Below, in pieces: positions 7,374 through 16,600 of a DNA stretch of 26,022 nt. The position numbers and the translations under genes were made by a program. This stretch comes from Clostridia bacterium. GTDB lineage: Bacteria; Bacillota; Clostridia; Christensenellales; Borkfalkiaceae. Position 1 is the first letter of the stretch. The number at the start of each line of letters is the position of its first letter. The notes beneath the pieces were generated by a model that was not told the DNA's origin, did not search any database, and saw nothing but the letters and a program-made list of their open reading frames with translations. The stretch covers positions 1-26,022 of the forward strand of contig JAIDIR010000024.1 of assembly GCA_029052615.1 (NCBI GenBank), in the 5' to 3' direction.

Positions 7374-8561
7374 TTACCTCTTCATTTTAGGGTCGAAGGC
7401 GTCTCTTAAACCGTCCCCGACAAAGTTGAAAGCTAAGATTGCAAGCGTTATGCACACGCCCGCGCCCACCCAAAGGTTGGGATAGTATTGCCTGTAAGTC
7501 GTGTTGCTTGCCATATTTATCAGGTTGCCCCACGTCGCAGTTTCAACGGGCGCGCCCAGACCAAGGAAGCCGAGCGTCGCCTCGGTAAGTATAATGCTGC
7601 CAAGTCCCAGCGTCATGGAAACTATAAGCTGGGGAATGACGTTGGGCATAAGGTGCTTGAATATCTTTGAAAAAGTCGAAAGTCCCGAAGCCTTTGCGGC
7701 AAGCATAAACTCCTGCTCTCTCAAAGAAAGTATCTGACCTCTGACAAGTCTTGCCGTACCCGTCCAGCCGATAAGGCATAGCACTATCATCATATAGTAC
7801 AGCTTGGCTATGCTGTCGCCGAGGTCCATTGCCGTGAACGTAACCGACAGTATAAGCATTATGGGAAGGGTGGGTATACAGCTGAGTATATCTACTATAC
7901 GCATTATGACGTTGTCGACCCACTTGCCGAAATAGCCCGCAAGACCGCCCATTACTACGCCGATAAGCGTTTCGATTATGACGACGACGAAGCCTATCGT
8001 AAGCGAAACTCTGCCGCCGTACATCAGGCGCGTTAAGACGTCGTAACCCATATCGTCCGTTCCCATCCAGTGCGACCAGGAGATATCGCCAAGCTTGACG
8101 ACCTGAGGTATTCTTACCGAAACGGCAAGCGCCTCGTACTCCATACCGTCCACCGTATAGTTGACAGGCGACGCGGATATGATTTCCTTTATGAGTGCGG
8201 GATTATAGTCCAGCTTGGTGCCGCCGGCTGCCGCCCAGGGCGAGCACAGCGGTCCTATGAACGCGAACAGGAATAATACGACTATTGTAACGAGTCCTAT
8301 AACCGACAGCTTGGAACGGAAAAACCTCTTTAAAACCGTCATCCACGGTGAGAGCACCTTTGCCCTGTCGGTAAGGTTTTCGCCGTGCAAATCGTCCTTG
8401 GTTTCGTCCGTTGCCGCGGCAACCGCTTCAGCCTGACCCGCGCTCTGAGCGCTGTCCGCAGCTACGGTGCTTTCGGGCGCAACCGTCGAAGTTACTACCT
8501 CTTCCTCCGCCTTTGTTTCCTCTGAGATAATATCCTTTTTATCTTTCATAATCTCCTCCAT
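7374..8561 (-). CDS. oppC: Oligopeptide ABC transporter permease OppC
   Basis: WMGTDDMGYDVLTRLMYGGRVSL, EAA loop REQEFMLAAKASG..KHLMPN, C-terminal FNFVGDGLRDAFDP. An alternative start at ATG 8549 follows a GGAGG. Confidence 0.95.
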   Translation of the reverse strand: MEEIMKDKKDIISEETKAEEEVVTSTVAPESTVAADSAQSAGQAEAVAAATDETKDDLHGENLTDRAKVLSPWMTVLKRFFRSKLSVIGLVTIVVLFLFAFIGPLCSPWAAAGGTKLDYNPALIKEIISASPVNYTVDGMEYEALAVSVRIPQVVKLGDISWSHWMGTDDMGYDVLTRLMYGGRVSLTIGFVVVIIETLIGVVMGGLAGYFGKWVDNVIMRIVDILSCIPTLPIMLILSVTFTAMDLGDSIAKLYYMMIVLCLIGWTGTARLVRGQILSLREQEFMLAAKASGLSTFSKIFKHLMPNVIPQLIVSMTLGLGSIILTEATLGFLGLGAPVETATWGNLINMASNTTYRQYYPNLWVGAGVCITLAILAFNFVGDGLRDAFDPKMKR

Positions 8562-9538
8562 TAACTGCCGAGCTTGATTCTCGGGTCAACAACCGCGTAC
8601 ATGATATCGGCAAGCAGAACGCCGATTACCGTGAGCACGGCAAGGAACATATTGTAGCCCATTGCAAGGAATATATCGCCTTCCAAAAGTCCTTTATAGG
8701 CTATCTGACCTATGCCGGGAAGGGCGAATATCTGCTCGGTTATCATCGCGCCGCCGAACAGAGTGGGCAGCGTGAACGACAGCTGGGTTACGAGGGGAAT
8801 CATAGTATTGCGGAAAACGTGCTTATAGACGACTTTCCCTTCGGACAGGCCCTTTGCGCGCGCCGTCCTTATGTAGTCGGCGTTAAGCACCTCCAGCGTG
8901 TTGGTACGCGTATAGCGCATAAGTCCGCCGATATTGAGTATGACCATAACCGACATAGGAAGTATGAGGTGCCATATCATATCGAAGAAGCCGTTGCCCA
9001 GACCGCCCGTTTCGAACCAGCCTAAATCGACGGCGAACCACTTAATGAACAGGTTGCCGAGGAAGAAGGACGGGAACGCTATGCCGACCATACACAGTAC
9101 GGTGGCAACGTAGTCCAGCTTGCCGTATTGGTTTACGGCGCACTTGATGCCGAGCGGAATGGCGATGACCATTTCCAGAAGCAGCGCAACGAAGGATATG
9201 CCGAACGAAAGCCACATATACTGTGCGATGACGTCCTGAACGGGCCTGCCGTATTTAAACGACATACCCATATCGCCCGAGAGGAATTTGCCGAGCCACA
9301 TAAAGTAGCCCCTCAGAATTCCTCCGAACGAATTGTTCTCAAGGCCGTAAGCCTTCAATAATTCGGCAAGCTCCGCTTCGATTTGCTCCGCCGGTATACC
9401 CGCCGTGCTGCGGGTCAGTGTGTACTGGTCGACAAAGTAGTTGTTGGGCATCAATCTTATAAGAAGGTAAAGTATTACCGAGACGCCGAACAGTATCAAC
9501 AATGCGAGCAGTATTCTTTTGATAACGTATTTAACCAT
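8561..9538 (-). CDS. oppB: Oligopeptide ABC transporter permease OppB
   Basis: YVIKRILL N-terminus, GDMGMSF, EAA loop DYIRTARAKGL..KHVFRN, C-terminal DIMYAVVDPRI. Confidence 0.95.
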   Translation of the reverse strand: MVKYVIKRILLALLILFGVSVILYLLIRLMPNNYFVDQYTLTRSTAGIPAEQIEAELAELLKAYGLENNSFGGILRGYFMWLGKFLSGDMGMSFKYGRPVQDVIAQYMWLSFGISFVALLLEMVIAIPLGIKCAVNQYGKLDYVATVLCMVGIAFPSFFLGNLFIKWFAVDLGWFETGGLGNGFFDMIWHLILPMSVMVILNIGGLMRYTRTNTLEVLNADYIRTARAKGLSEGKVVYKHVFRNTMIPLVTQLSFTLPTLFGGAMITEQIFALPGIGQIAYKGLLEGDIFLAMGYNMFLAVLTVIGVLLADIMYAVVDPRIKLGS

Positions 9539-9559
9539 TTTTCACTCCGAAGAGATTTA

Positions 9560-12184
9560 TTATTTCTTGTATGCGACTTTCCAGAGCTCGTCGATGGGTC
9601 CCATAATATACGATGCGTTCTTGTACAAACTCTTAGAGTCGATAACCGCCGAATTGTAAACGCACAGATCCTTTCTCTGATAGGTGGGGAATTCAACGGC
9701 AAGATCCATTATGAGGTCGAGGCAGTCCTTATAGATGGCTATACGGTCGTTCTCGTTGAGCGTCTGTCTGCCCTCCATAATCTTCTCGTTAAGCTCAAGC
9801 GCAATCTTATATTCCTCTGCGAATTCGCCGTCTTCACCCGACAACAGTATGCCGTCCTTGTACCAGTTCTTGGTGCTGGTCGCGTTGGAGTTGATGCTGT
9901 AAATCTGGTAAGGGTCGGGGTCTATGCTCGAAGACCAAGCGGCTGCCCATACCTGGAGGTCGCCCCTGGTAAGATTTTTAAGCGCCTGTATATCGGGAGC
10001 AACCGAAATCATAAAGCCGCACTGTTCGAGGAAGGTTTTAGCATATCTGAACATATTATAGGCAGGGTGATCGGTCGATTCGCCCGCGATGGTGAAATTA
10101 ATCTTCAGTACGCTGTTGTCGGAGTTTTTGTGGAACAACTTGTCTTTTTCGCTGAACGTCCAGTTGCCAGAGCTTGCAACCAGATCCTTGATTTCATCGG
10201 GGTTGGTTATTCTCTTATAGTAGCGCTTCGCATCCGCGGGATAAGCCCAGGAAGTCGTGGACATGGGTCTGTCGATAATGTTGACCAGACTGTCGCCGTA
10301 GTACTCGCTGATCGAAGTAGTATCGAACGCGTGCATTATAGCCCTTCTCACCTCGATATCGGGCACGTATTTGGGGTTGATGCCGACGTAGCCGTAGCCG
10401 CCTGCGAGGTAATCCACCTGCTTCAACGTTCCCGTACGCAGATCACTTTGGTTATTCGAAGTCGCAGTGGGCGTGCCGTAGTCGATTTCCTTTGCCGTCA
10501 ACGCGCTTACTATCATGTCGTCGCTCGTTACTTTGTAGGTCACGTATTTAATCTTTGCGTTATCTACGCCGCTGCCGAAGGTAGTGAACTGTTCGTTCCT
10601 TTCGAAGTACGCCGTATAGGCATAGAAGAAATTCGCGCCGGTAACTTTTTCGGAGTTTAACTTATGCGAGCAGCACTTGTAAGGGCCTGCGCCGACGGGA
10701 AGCTTGTTCTTATCGCCGTTCGCCACGTTCGCGTCCAACCAGTTTATATCATCACGCTTAACGCCGAAGTGCGTAGCCGTACCGTCGTATACTTTGCCGT
10801 CCTCATAATCTTTCATAGCCGCCGCTGTATATTCCTCGTTGGAATAGTAGTGCATGGGAGCGACAGAGAAGCCGAAGTTCCACTTAGCCTTGGGGTCAAC
10901 GCCTACGACCTTTATTTTAAGAATATCGTGATCTTCGCTGTACGTCTTGCCGTTGAATTCTTTGGATTTGGATACGGTTATGCCCGAGATGTTGGGAACC
11001 TTATATTCTCCATCGTTCTTATTGGATCTTGCGTCCAACATGAAGTACTGCATCGCGCTGTCGGCGGTTGCGCAGTAAGTAAGGACGTGGGATATCTGAC
11101 CCTGCGCCGTATTGGTCTCGTATACGTAATTTAATGCAAATTCCTTCTGAAGAGCAAGCTTTGCAATTTCCTCCGTTGTGTTATCGTGAGTGTCTACATA
11201 CTCCTTAATCTTTGCCGCAGAGGTTGCTTCCGCAAATTCTTTTATAAATTCCTCGTGCACGATATCCGCACCCGCGACGCCCTTATCGGGATCGAGCGTG
11301 GTAAGGTATTTGCCTTCGGAGTCCTTGGCGTCTACTTCAACGTCGTTTTCGTTGTAATCTCTCTGATTCTGTATAAGTCCTTCGATATAGTAGAAAACCT
11401 GCCAGGGCTCGGTAAATCTGTATTCCTTATAGCTTTCTACCCAACCCGTCTCGATAGAGTTCCAGTCAGAGGTGATCTCTTCCTTGTAAAGCTCCATAAC
11501 CTTTTCAAGGTCCTTCTTGCCCTGTTCGGAAAGCGTATAGTTCTTCTCAGACCAGTCTTTCAGATGGTTAACGCGCCCGAGCGCTTCGGGATAGTATTCG
11601 AGCATCGAGATGGAAGAGTTTTCATCCGCAGCGGGATCGTCCGCCCTGTAAGCCTGCATACCCTCTATCTTGGTCGAGTATATAGTGGACGAACCGCTGT
11701 ACGAGGGGTCGAGATAGACGTACAGATTAAACAGAACGTCCATAACCGTAAGGTCTACGCCGTCGCTGAACTTTACGCCGTTCTTGATGAGGAATTCGTA
11801 AGTAGTGTACGAAGCGCCGTTGCTGTTGCCGCTAACGTCGCCGCTCTTGCCGTCGCTCGAGCCCAGCACGGTATCGCTGGAGCTGTAATAGGTTTCCTTG
11901 TAGTCGAGCGTTACCGTAGGGTAGTCCTCGCCGTACGCAAGCACGGGCTTTTTATCTTTACCGACGTCTACGGAAAGCATGGCAGCCTGCGTTAAGTTGG
12001 CTATTACGCCGTCGTTCTGCGACGTGTAGAAAAGCGGGTTAAACTTCTCGTCTACCGCGCCGATTGCCAGCCTTAAAGGCGACTTCTCGGGGTCGCGGTG
12101 TTCGGATGCGTTACAGCCCGACGCACCTACGGCAAGTACGCCGCACAGTCCTGCGCAAATAAGTCCTTTGAATAATTTTTTCAC
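9560..12184 (-). CDS. oppA: Family 5 peptide-binding lipoprotein OppA, unusually large (874 aa)
   Basis: GTG start with GGAGG SD and lipobox ASGC (C24). Family motifs FNPLF, VKFSDG..TVMDVLF, PVGAGPYK, VRRAIMHAFD and PTYQR. It lies directly upstream of oppBCDF. Confidence 0.9.
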   Translation of the reverse strand: MKKLFKGLICAGLCGVLAVGASGCNASEHRDPEKSPLRLAIGAVDEKFNPLFYTSQNDGVIANLTQAAMLSVDVGKDKKPVLAYGEDYPTVTLDYKETYYSSSDTVLGSSDGKSGDVSGNSNGASYTTYEFLIKNGVKFSDGVDLTVMDVLFNLYVYLDPSYSGSSTIYSTKIEGMQAYRADDPAADENSSISMLEYYPEALGRVNHLKDWSEKNYTLSEQGKKDLEKVMELYKEEITSDWNSIETGWVESYKEYRFTEPWQVFYYIEGLIQNQRDYNENDVEVDAKDSEGKYLTTLDPDKGVAGADIVHEEFIKEFAEATSAAKIKEYVDTHDNTTEEIAKLALQKEFALNYVYETNTAQGQISHVLTYCATADSAMQYFMLDARSNKNDGEYKVPNISGITVSKSKEFNGKTYSEDHDILKIKVVGVDPKAKWNFGFSVAPMHYYSNEEYTAAAMKDYEDGKVYDGTATHFGVKRDDINWLDANVANGDKNKLPVGAGPYKCCSHKLNSEKVTGANFFYAYTAYFERNEQFTTFGSGVDNAKIKYVTYKVTSDDMIVSALTAKEIDYGTPTATSNNQSDLRTGTLKQVDYLAGGYGYVGINPKYVPDIEVRRAIMHAFDTTSISEYYGDSLVNIIDRPMSTTSWAYPADAKRYYKRITNPDEIKDLVASSGNWTFSEKDKLFHKNSDNSVLKINFTIAGESTDHPAYNMFRYAKTFLEQCGFMISVAPDIQALKNLTRGDLQVWAAAWSSSIDPDPYQIYSINSNATSTKNWYKDGILLSGEDGEFAEEYKIALELNEKIMEGRQTLNENDRIAIYKDCLDLIMDLAVEFPTYQRKDLCVYNSAVIDSKSLYKNASYIMGPIDELWKVAYKK

Positions 12185-12222
12185 AATAAGTCCTCCTTGA
12201 ATTGTGGTCTATACCTTTAATT

Positions 12223-13674
12223 TTATGGTGCTATGGTAAGGGTGGTTTCGCCCGTTACTTTGATTTGGGGGTGATTTGCCTGGAACTGCTCGTCGTTATC
12301 GCTGCCGCCGAACAGCCAGTGGCTCTTGTCCTCTACTTCCGTACCGTCCTGCTTTTTAATCTGTACGTTTCTTACTCTGTTTGAGGCGGGAATCTTTACG
12401 TGTGCGGTAATACCGCTTATTTCCAGACCCTCGATATGAGCCGAAGCGTCCAGTCCGTTGCATACCGCGTACAGACTGATATTTCCTTTCGCTGTAATAT
12501 CTATCTTAATATTTTCGATTTTAAGGTTTGAAAGCTTAAAGCTTGCGCCTATAGTTCCGAATACGGAGAAATCGTTATTGATCGCGCCCGTAACCGCAAA
12601 TTTAAGATTGGAGATAGTAAAGCCGTTGCCCTGCACCGTCGCGTTTACCTCTACGCCCTGATTCTTGAGTGTGAACGTTTTCGACCCGCAGTCTACGTCC
12701 GAAAGCAGATAATACTTGTTATTTGCATTTCCCAGACCGGTGAACATTGATACGACCTTGTCGGGATCGTTGGTTACTATCGTCCAGTTATCGCCGTCTA
12801 TATAGTGCGAGTAAACCACGGGATTTTCGGGCTCGTCGCCCTCCGGTCTCGCAATGGAACTGGATCCTACTACGGTTTCCAGCTCTTCGTCCAGATAGCT
12901 CCTTACGAACGACGCGCCATTAAGTTTTATGGGCTCGAGAGTGGTCGGCGAATAGTATTCGCCTTTACCGAAGTTGTCCCGTCTTAGCTCCGTACCGTTC
13001 TTATATTCGTTACCATCCTTGTCCGTGTAGGTCTTGCCATCTTCGCATACGAGCTTATAAACGATTTTAAGTGCGGGCGCCCACTTTGCGCACACAATAA
13101 GGTTTTCGTCGTCCGCAACCCTGCGCGTGCTGTCCAGCCTCACGTCCGAAGGTGTTACGCGGATTTCGGATTCCAAAATCTGTTCGTCCTTGCCTGCCCT
13201 TGCGAACACGGGACGGTCCGTCACTATATCCGTTACGGCGTCGCCGTCCTCGTCCACGACGGGGAAAACCGCTTCGGTGATTTCCTGACCCTTATCGTCC
13301 TTATAGGTGTAGGTGTACATTATCTCACCGGCGTGTTCTCCGTCCTTGTAGGTTTCGGGCATATACCAACCCACCAGATCGTAACCGTCAAACGCGACGT
13401 TCATACCCTCCGTATCGTCCGATATGTCGAAGAAAGGCACTCCGTTCGCGTCGTAGCTTTCCGACTTGGGGTCGTTTTTAAAGTACAGGTCTCTGACCGT
13501 CAAGGTCGTGGACTGGTCGAATTTTCCGCCGTTGGAATAGTAGGTGACGTGCGCCTTATAGTCCGCAAGCACCTCTGCACGCCCCGGTCTGCCTATTTTA
13601 CAGCCCGCAAGCGTACACGCCGCGCAGACGACGGTTATAACTATTAGCAAGTAAACCTTTAATTTCTTAGTCAT
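12223..13674 (-). CDS. Lipoprotein of unknown function (InlB B-repeat-like modules plus a short GLUG-associated beta-helix segment), 483 aa
   Basis: Lipobox LAGC (C25). B-repeat-like pattern VTYYSNGG..GYDLVGWY..LIVCAKW, then YYLLSDVDC..VQGNGFTISNL. ATGA overlap with the protease stop. Confidence 0.75.
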   Translation of the reverse strand: MTKKLKVYLLIVITVVCAACTLAGCKIGRPGRAEVLADYKAHVTYYSNGGKFDQSTTLTVRDLYFKNDPKSESYDANGVPFFDISDDTEGMNVAFDGYDLVGWYMPETYKDGEHAGEIMYTYTYKDDKGQEITEAVFPVVDEDGDAVTDIVTDRPVFARAGKDEQILESEIRVTPSDVRLDSTRRVADDENLIVCAKWAPALKIVYKLVCEDGKTYTDKDGNEYKNGTELRRDNFGKGEYYSPTTLEPIKLNGASFVRSYLDEELETVVGSSSIARPEGDEPENPVVYSHYIDGDNWTIVTNDPDKVVSMFTGLGNANNKYYLLSDVDCGSKTFTLKNQGVEVNATVQGNGFTISNLKFAVTGAINNDFSVFGTIGASFKLSNLKIENIKIDITAKGNISLYAVCNGLDASAHIEGLEISGITAHVKIPASNRVRNVQIKKQDGTEVEDKSHWLFGGSDNDEQFQANHPQIKVTGETTLTIAP

Positions 13675-16600
13675 TCGGTTTTTCCTTCTTCGCCGTTAGC
13701 CTTTGAATTTTCTTCGGTTTGGTTATCGGTTTCGGTTTGCTCCTCAACCTGCGTTTCAGCCTCCGCCTCTTCGGTTGCGTCCGCCTTTACTTCCTCCGAA
13801 GCGCCTTCCCCTTCGGTTGCCCCGTCAGCCTGTTTTTTGAAAAGCTTATCAAGGAACTTCAAGGTTATTACGCCCTTTTTGTTGAGGATAATCAAAGTCG
13901 CCGCAGCCGCCGCGGCAAGCACCAGAACGCCGCCTACTACTATGAGCGCGATTGCGTATGCGGGAAGTCCGCCGTTTGCCCCGTTGCCCTCCGAAACCGT
14001 AATTATAATACTCAGCGTGGTGCCCAGACCTTCCAGCGTAACCGCCTCGTCGGTAGCCTTCAGCGCTCTGTCAAACCTTTCTTCGAGCTTGAAGGTGCTG
14101 CCGTCGATAACCTCCTGGGAGTAATCGTCGTAAGTCACCAAAAGCTTTAAGCCCTTAAAGCTGAACTTTTCGCCTACGCGATAAACCGACTTGTGGGTCG
14201 AGCTTGCGTCCACCGTTACGCTGCTTACCGAAACCTTGATATTGAACGCTGCCTTGACGGGCTTTAACGCCTGCTCTATGGCAAACAGCTTGTCGATATT
14301 TTCCTGTCCGACGTATTCGCGCTGATAATCGGTCTTTAAGCCGTTATACAGTCCGTGCGCGGTCTTAACCTTTTCGGAAAATTCTTCAACGGCAGGCTTG
14401 GTTTTGTTGGAGGGCGTCCAGCTTGCTACGGTAGCCGCGCTTTCCAGACTTTCAATCAATTGCTTCAAAGCAATCGTATCGTCCTCGGGGCGCTCGCCAA
14501 GCTCGTTTCTAATACCGAAGTAGCTCCTGTATACGAAGTTATCGTAACCCGTGCCGTTCGTGGGGTAAAGTATGGTAAGCAGACTTGACCCGTTAGCCGG
14601 TACCCCGGGCGCCATTAACGCATAGTTCGCAAGATAGGTCACGAAATTGTTGTAGTAGAACGAATTGGTCGAGTAATTGCCGGCGGGTACTATCTTTTCG
14701 GAAATGCCCTCCAGCAGTACGGGCGCCGCAATGCTCTCGAACTGATAGGTCGTTATTCCGTTGCTGCTAATATCCGACTGATAGAACGCGCCCTCGCCTA
14801 TCGATTTAAGCGTGTAAGGCAGAATTACCTTTTCCACTCTCGCCGAGGGAACGTTGTAGAACGCGTACGCCTGAATGGTGACCGTACCCGTCTTTACCGT
14901 GTAGGTGCGCACTCCGTTTACGTCCTCCGCCGACTTGCCCGTGGGGTAGGAGCACAGCTCGTACTTATCCGTGCTATTGCCGAGGTATCTGTACAGCACG
15001 CCGTCGTCGGAGAAGTAATTTTTGTTGCCCTCCGCAATCTTGTACTCGTAAAGCGACTTGCAACCGCTGAACGCCGACCTGCCGATATAGGTGCAGCTTG
15101 CGGGTATAACCACTCTGTTCAGCGCGCTTTCGGCAAACGCCTCGTCACCTATGCCCTCCAGTTTATCGCCGAAGGTCACTTCGTTGAGTTCCGTATTGTT
15201 GAAGAACGCGCGGTAGAATATGCTCTTTGCCGACGCGAGGTCGAGCGATTTGAACTTGATACAGCCGGCAAACGATTCGTAGCCGAACGCGGTAACCTTG
15301 TCGATACCCGTCACGGTCGTAAGCCCGTCACAGCCGCCGAACGCCTGGTTGCCTACCTCGGTTGCGTTTTTCAGATCCACGGTTGTAAGCTTGGTGCAGT
15401 AGTAGAACGCGCCGTCGCCTATCTGCTTAATGCCGCTGCCGAGCGTTACGTTCGTAAGCGAGCTTTCAACGGTTTCCTCAACCATCTGCACCTTTCCGGC
15501 AACGTAGACGTAATAAGAATAGTTAGCCGCGAAAGTATACGTGCCCGTCGTGGTCGTTGCGTCGCCGAAGGTTGCCGTAGTAAGCGCGGGGCAGAGTGCG
15601 AACACCCTCTCGCCCATAGTGGTTACCGCGGGGATATTGACCGTCGTAAGGCTTGCGCTGCGCCAGAACGCCTCTCTGCCTATCGTCCTTACGCTTTCGG
15701 GCAGGACGAGCGAGGTTATTGCCGTGCGCTGGAACGCCCTTGCGCCTATTTCTTCAAGCTGAGAGCCTTCTGCAAATTGTATGCTTACAAGCTTGCCGCA
15801 GTCCGCAAACGCGGCAGCCCCTATTTTCTTTACGCTTGCGGGTATTGATATCGTTTCGAGCGAAGTGCCCGCAAACGCGTTATCGGCTATTTCGGTCAAG
15901 CCGTCGGGCAGGGATATTTCCTTAAGACCTTCCAGTCCGTAGAACGCGCCCGCGCCTATTTTGGTTATGCCCGTAAGAATTATCTTATCAACGCCGTCCG
16001 CCATTACGCTGCCGGAGAACGCGTTGGGACCAATAACGGTCACGCCCGAGGATTCCAAGCCGTTTGCAAACGCGGCGTTTACCACGACGGGTGCAAGATA
16101 CAGCGTGCCGTCCGAAACTATCGAGCCGTTCATGCTCGGTACGTTTTGGAAGACGTCGCGGCCGAGCTGCGGGTGGAACGTAGCGGCGGTAAATTCGGGA
16201 AGCTTGGTGCAGTTGCGGAAGCCGTAGTCGCCGACCGACTGTATTCCGTTGCCGTTCACTTCAAACTCCGCAATCTTGGAGCAGCCCGCAAACGCATACG
16301 CGCCTATCTGAACGTCGTCGGCGTTTATTACGACCTCGGCAAGTTTGGTACAGCCGTAGAACGCGCCGTCGGGAATACGCGAACAATTTATTTCCACTTC
16401 CTTCAACGCCGTGCAGCCCGCAAACATATAGTTGCCGAGCGCGGTGTTTGCGCCTATTTTAACTTCCGAAAGCGAAGTACAGCCTGAGAACAGATAACCG
16501 TCCGCGACGTGCAGCTCCCTCAGGTCTACCGATTCAAGCGACGTGCAGCCCGCAAAGGTCTGTTCGTGCGCGGTACCTATCGCCGTCATCTTTATTACTT

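Noticed and set aside
9383-10660. 425-aa plus-strand ORF antisense to oppA/oppB
   Set aside because: Shadow ORF on the reverse strand of well-supported genes. It has no recognisable motif or SD, and is explained by codon bias that leaves few antisense stops.
13955-13970. LPAYA before the protease TM helix as a sortase signal
   Set aside because: It lacks the T-G of LPxTG and is followed by a ~70-aa acidic tail rather than a short basic one. A non-canonical sortase cannot be wholly excluded.
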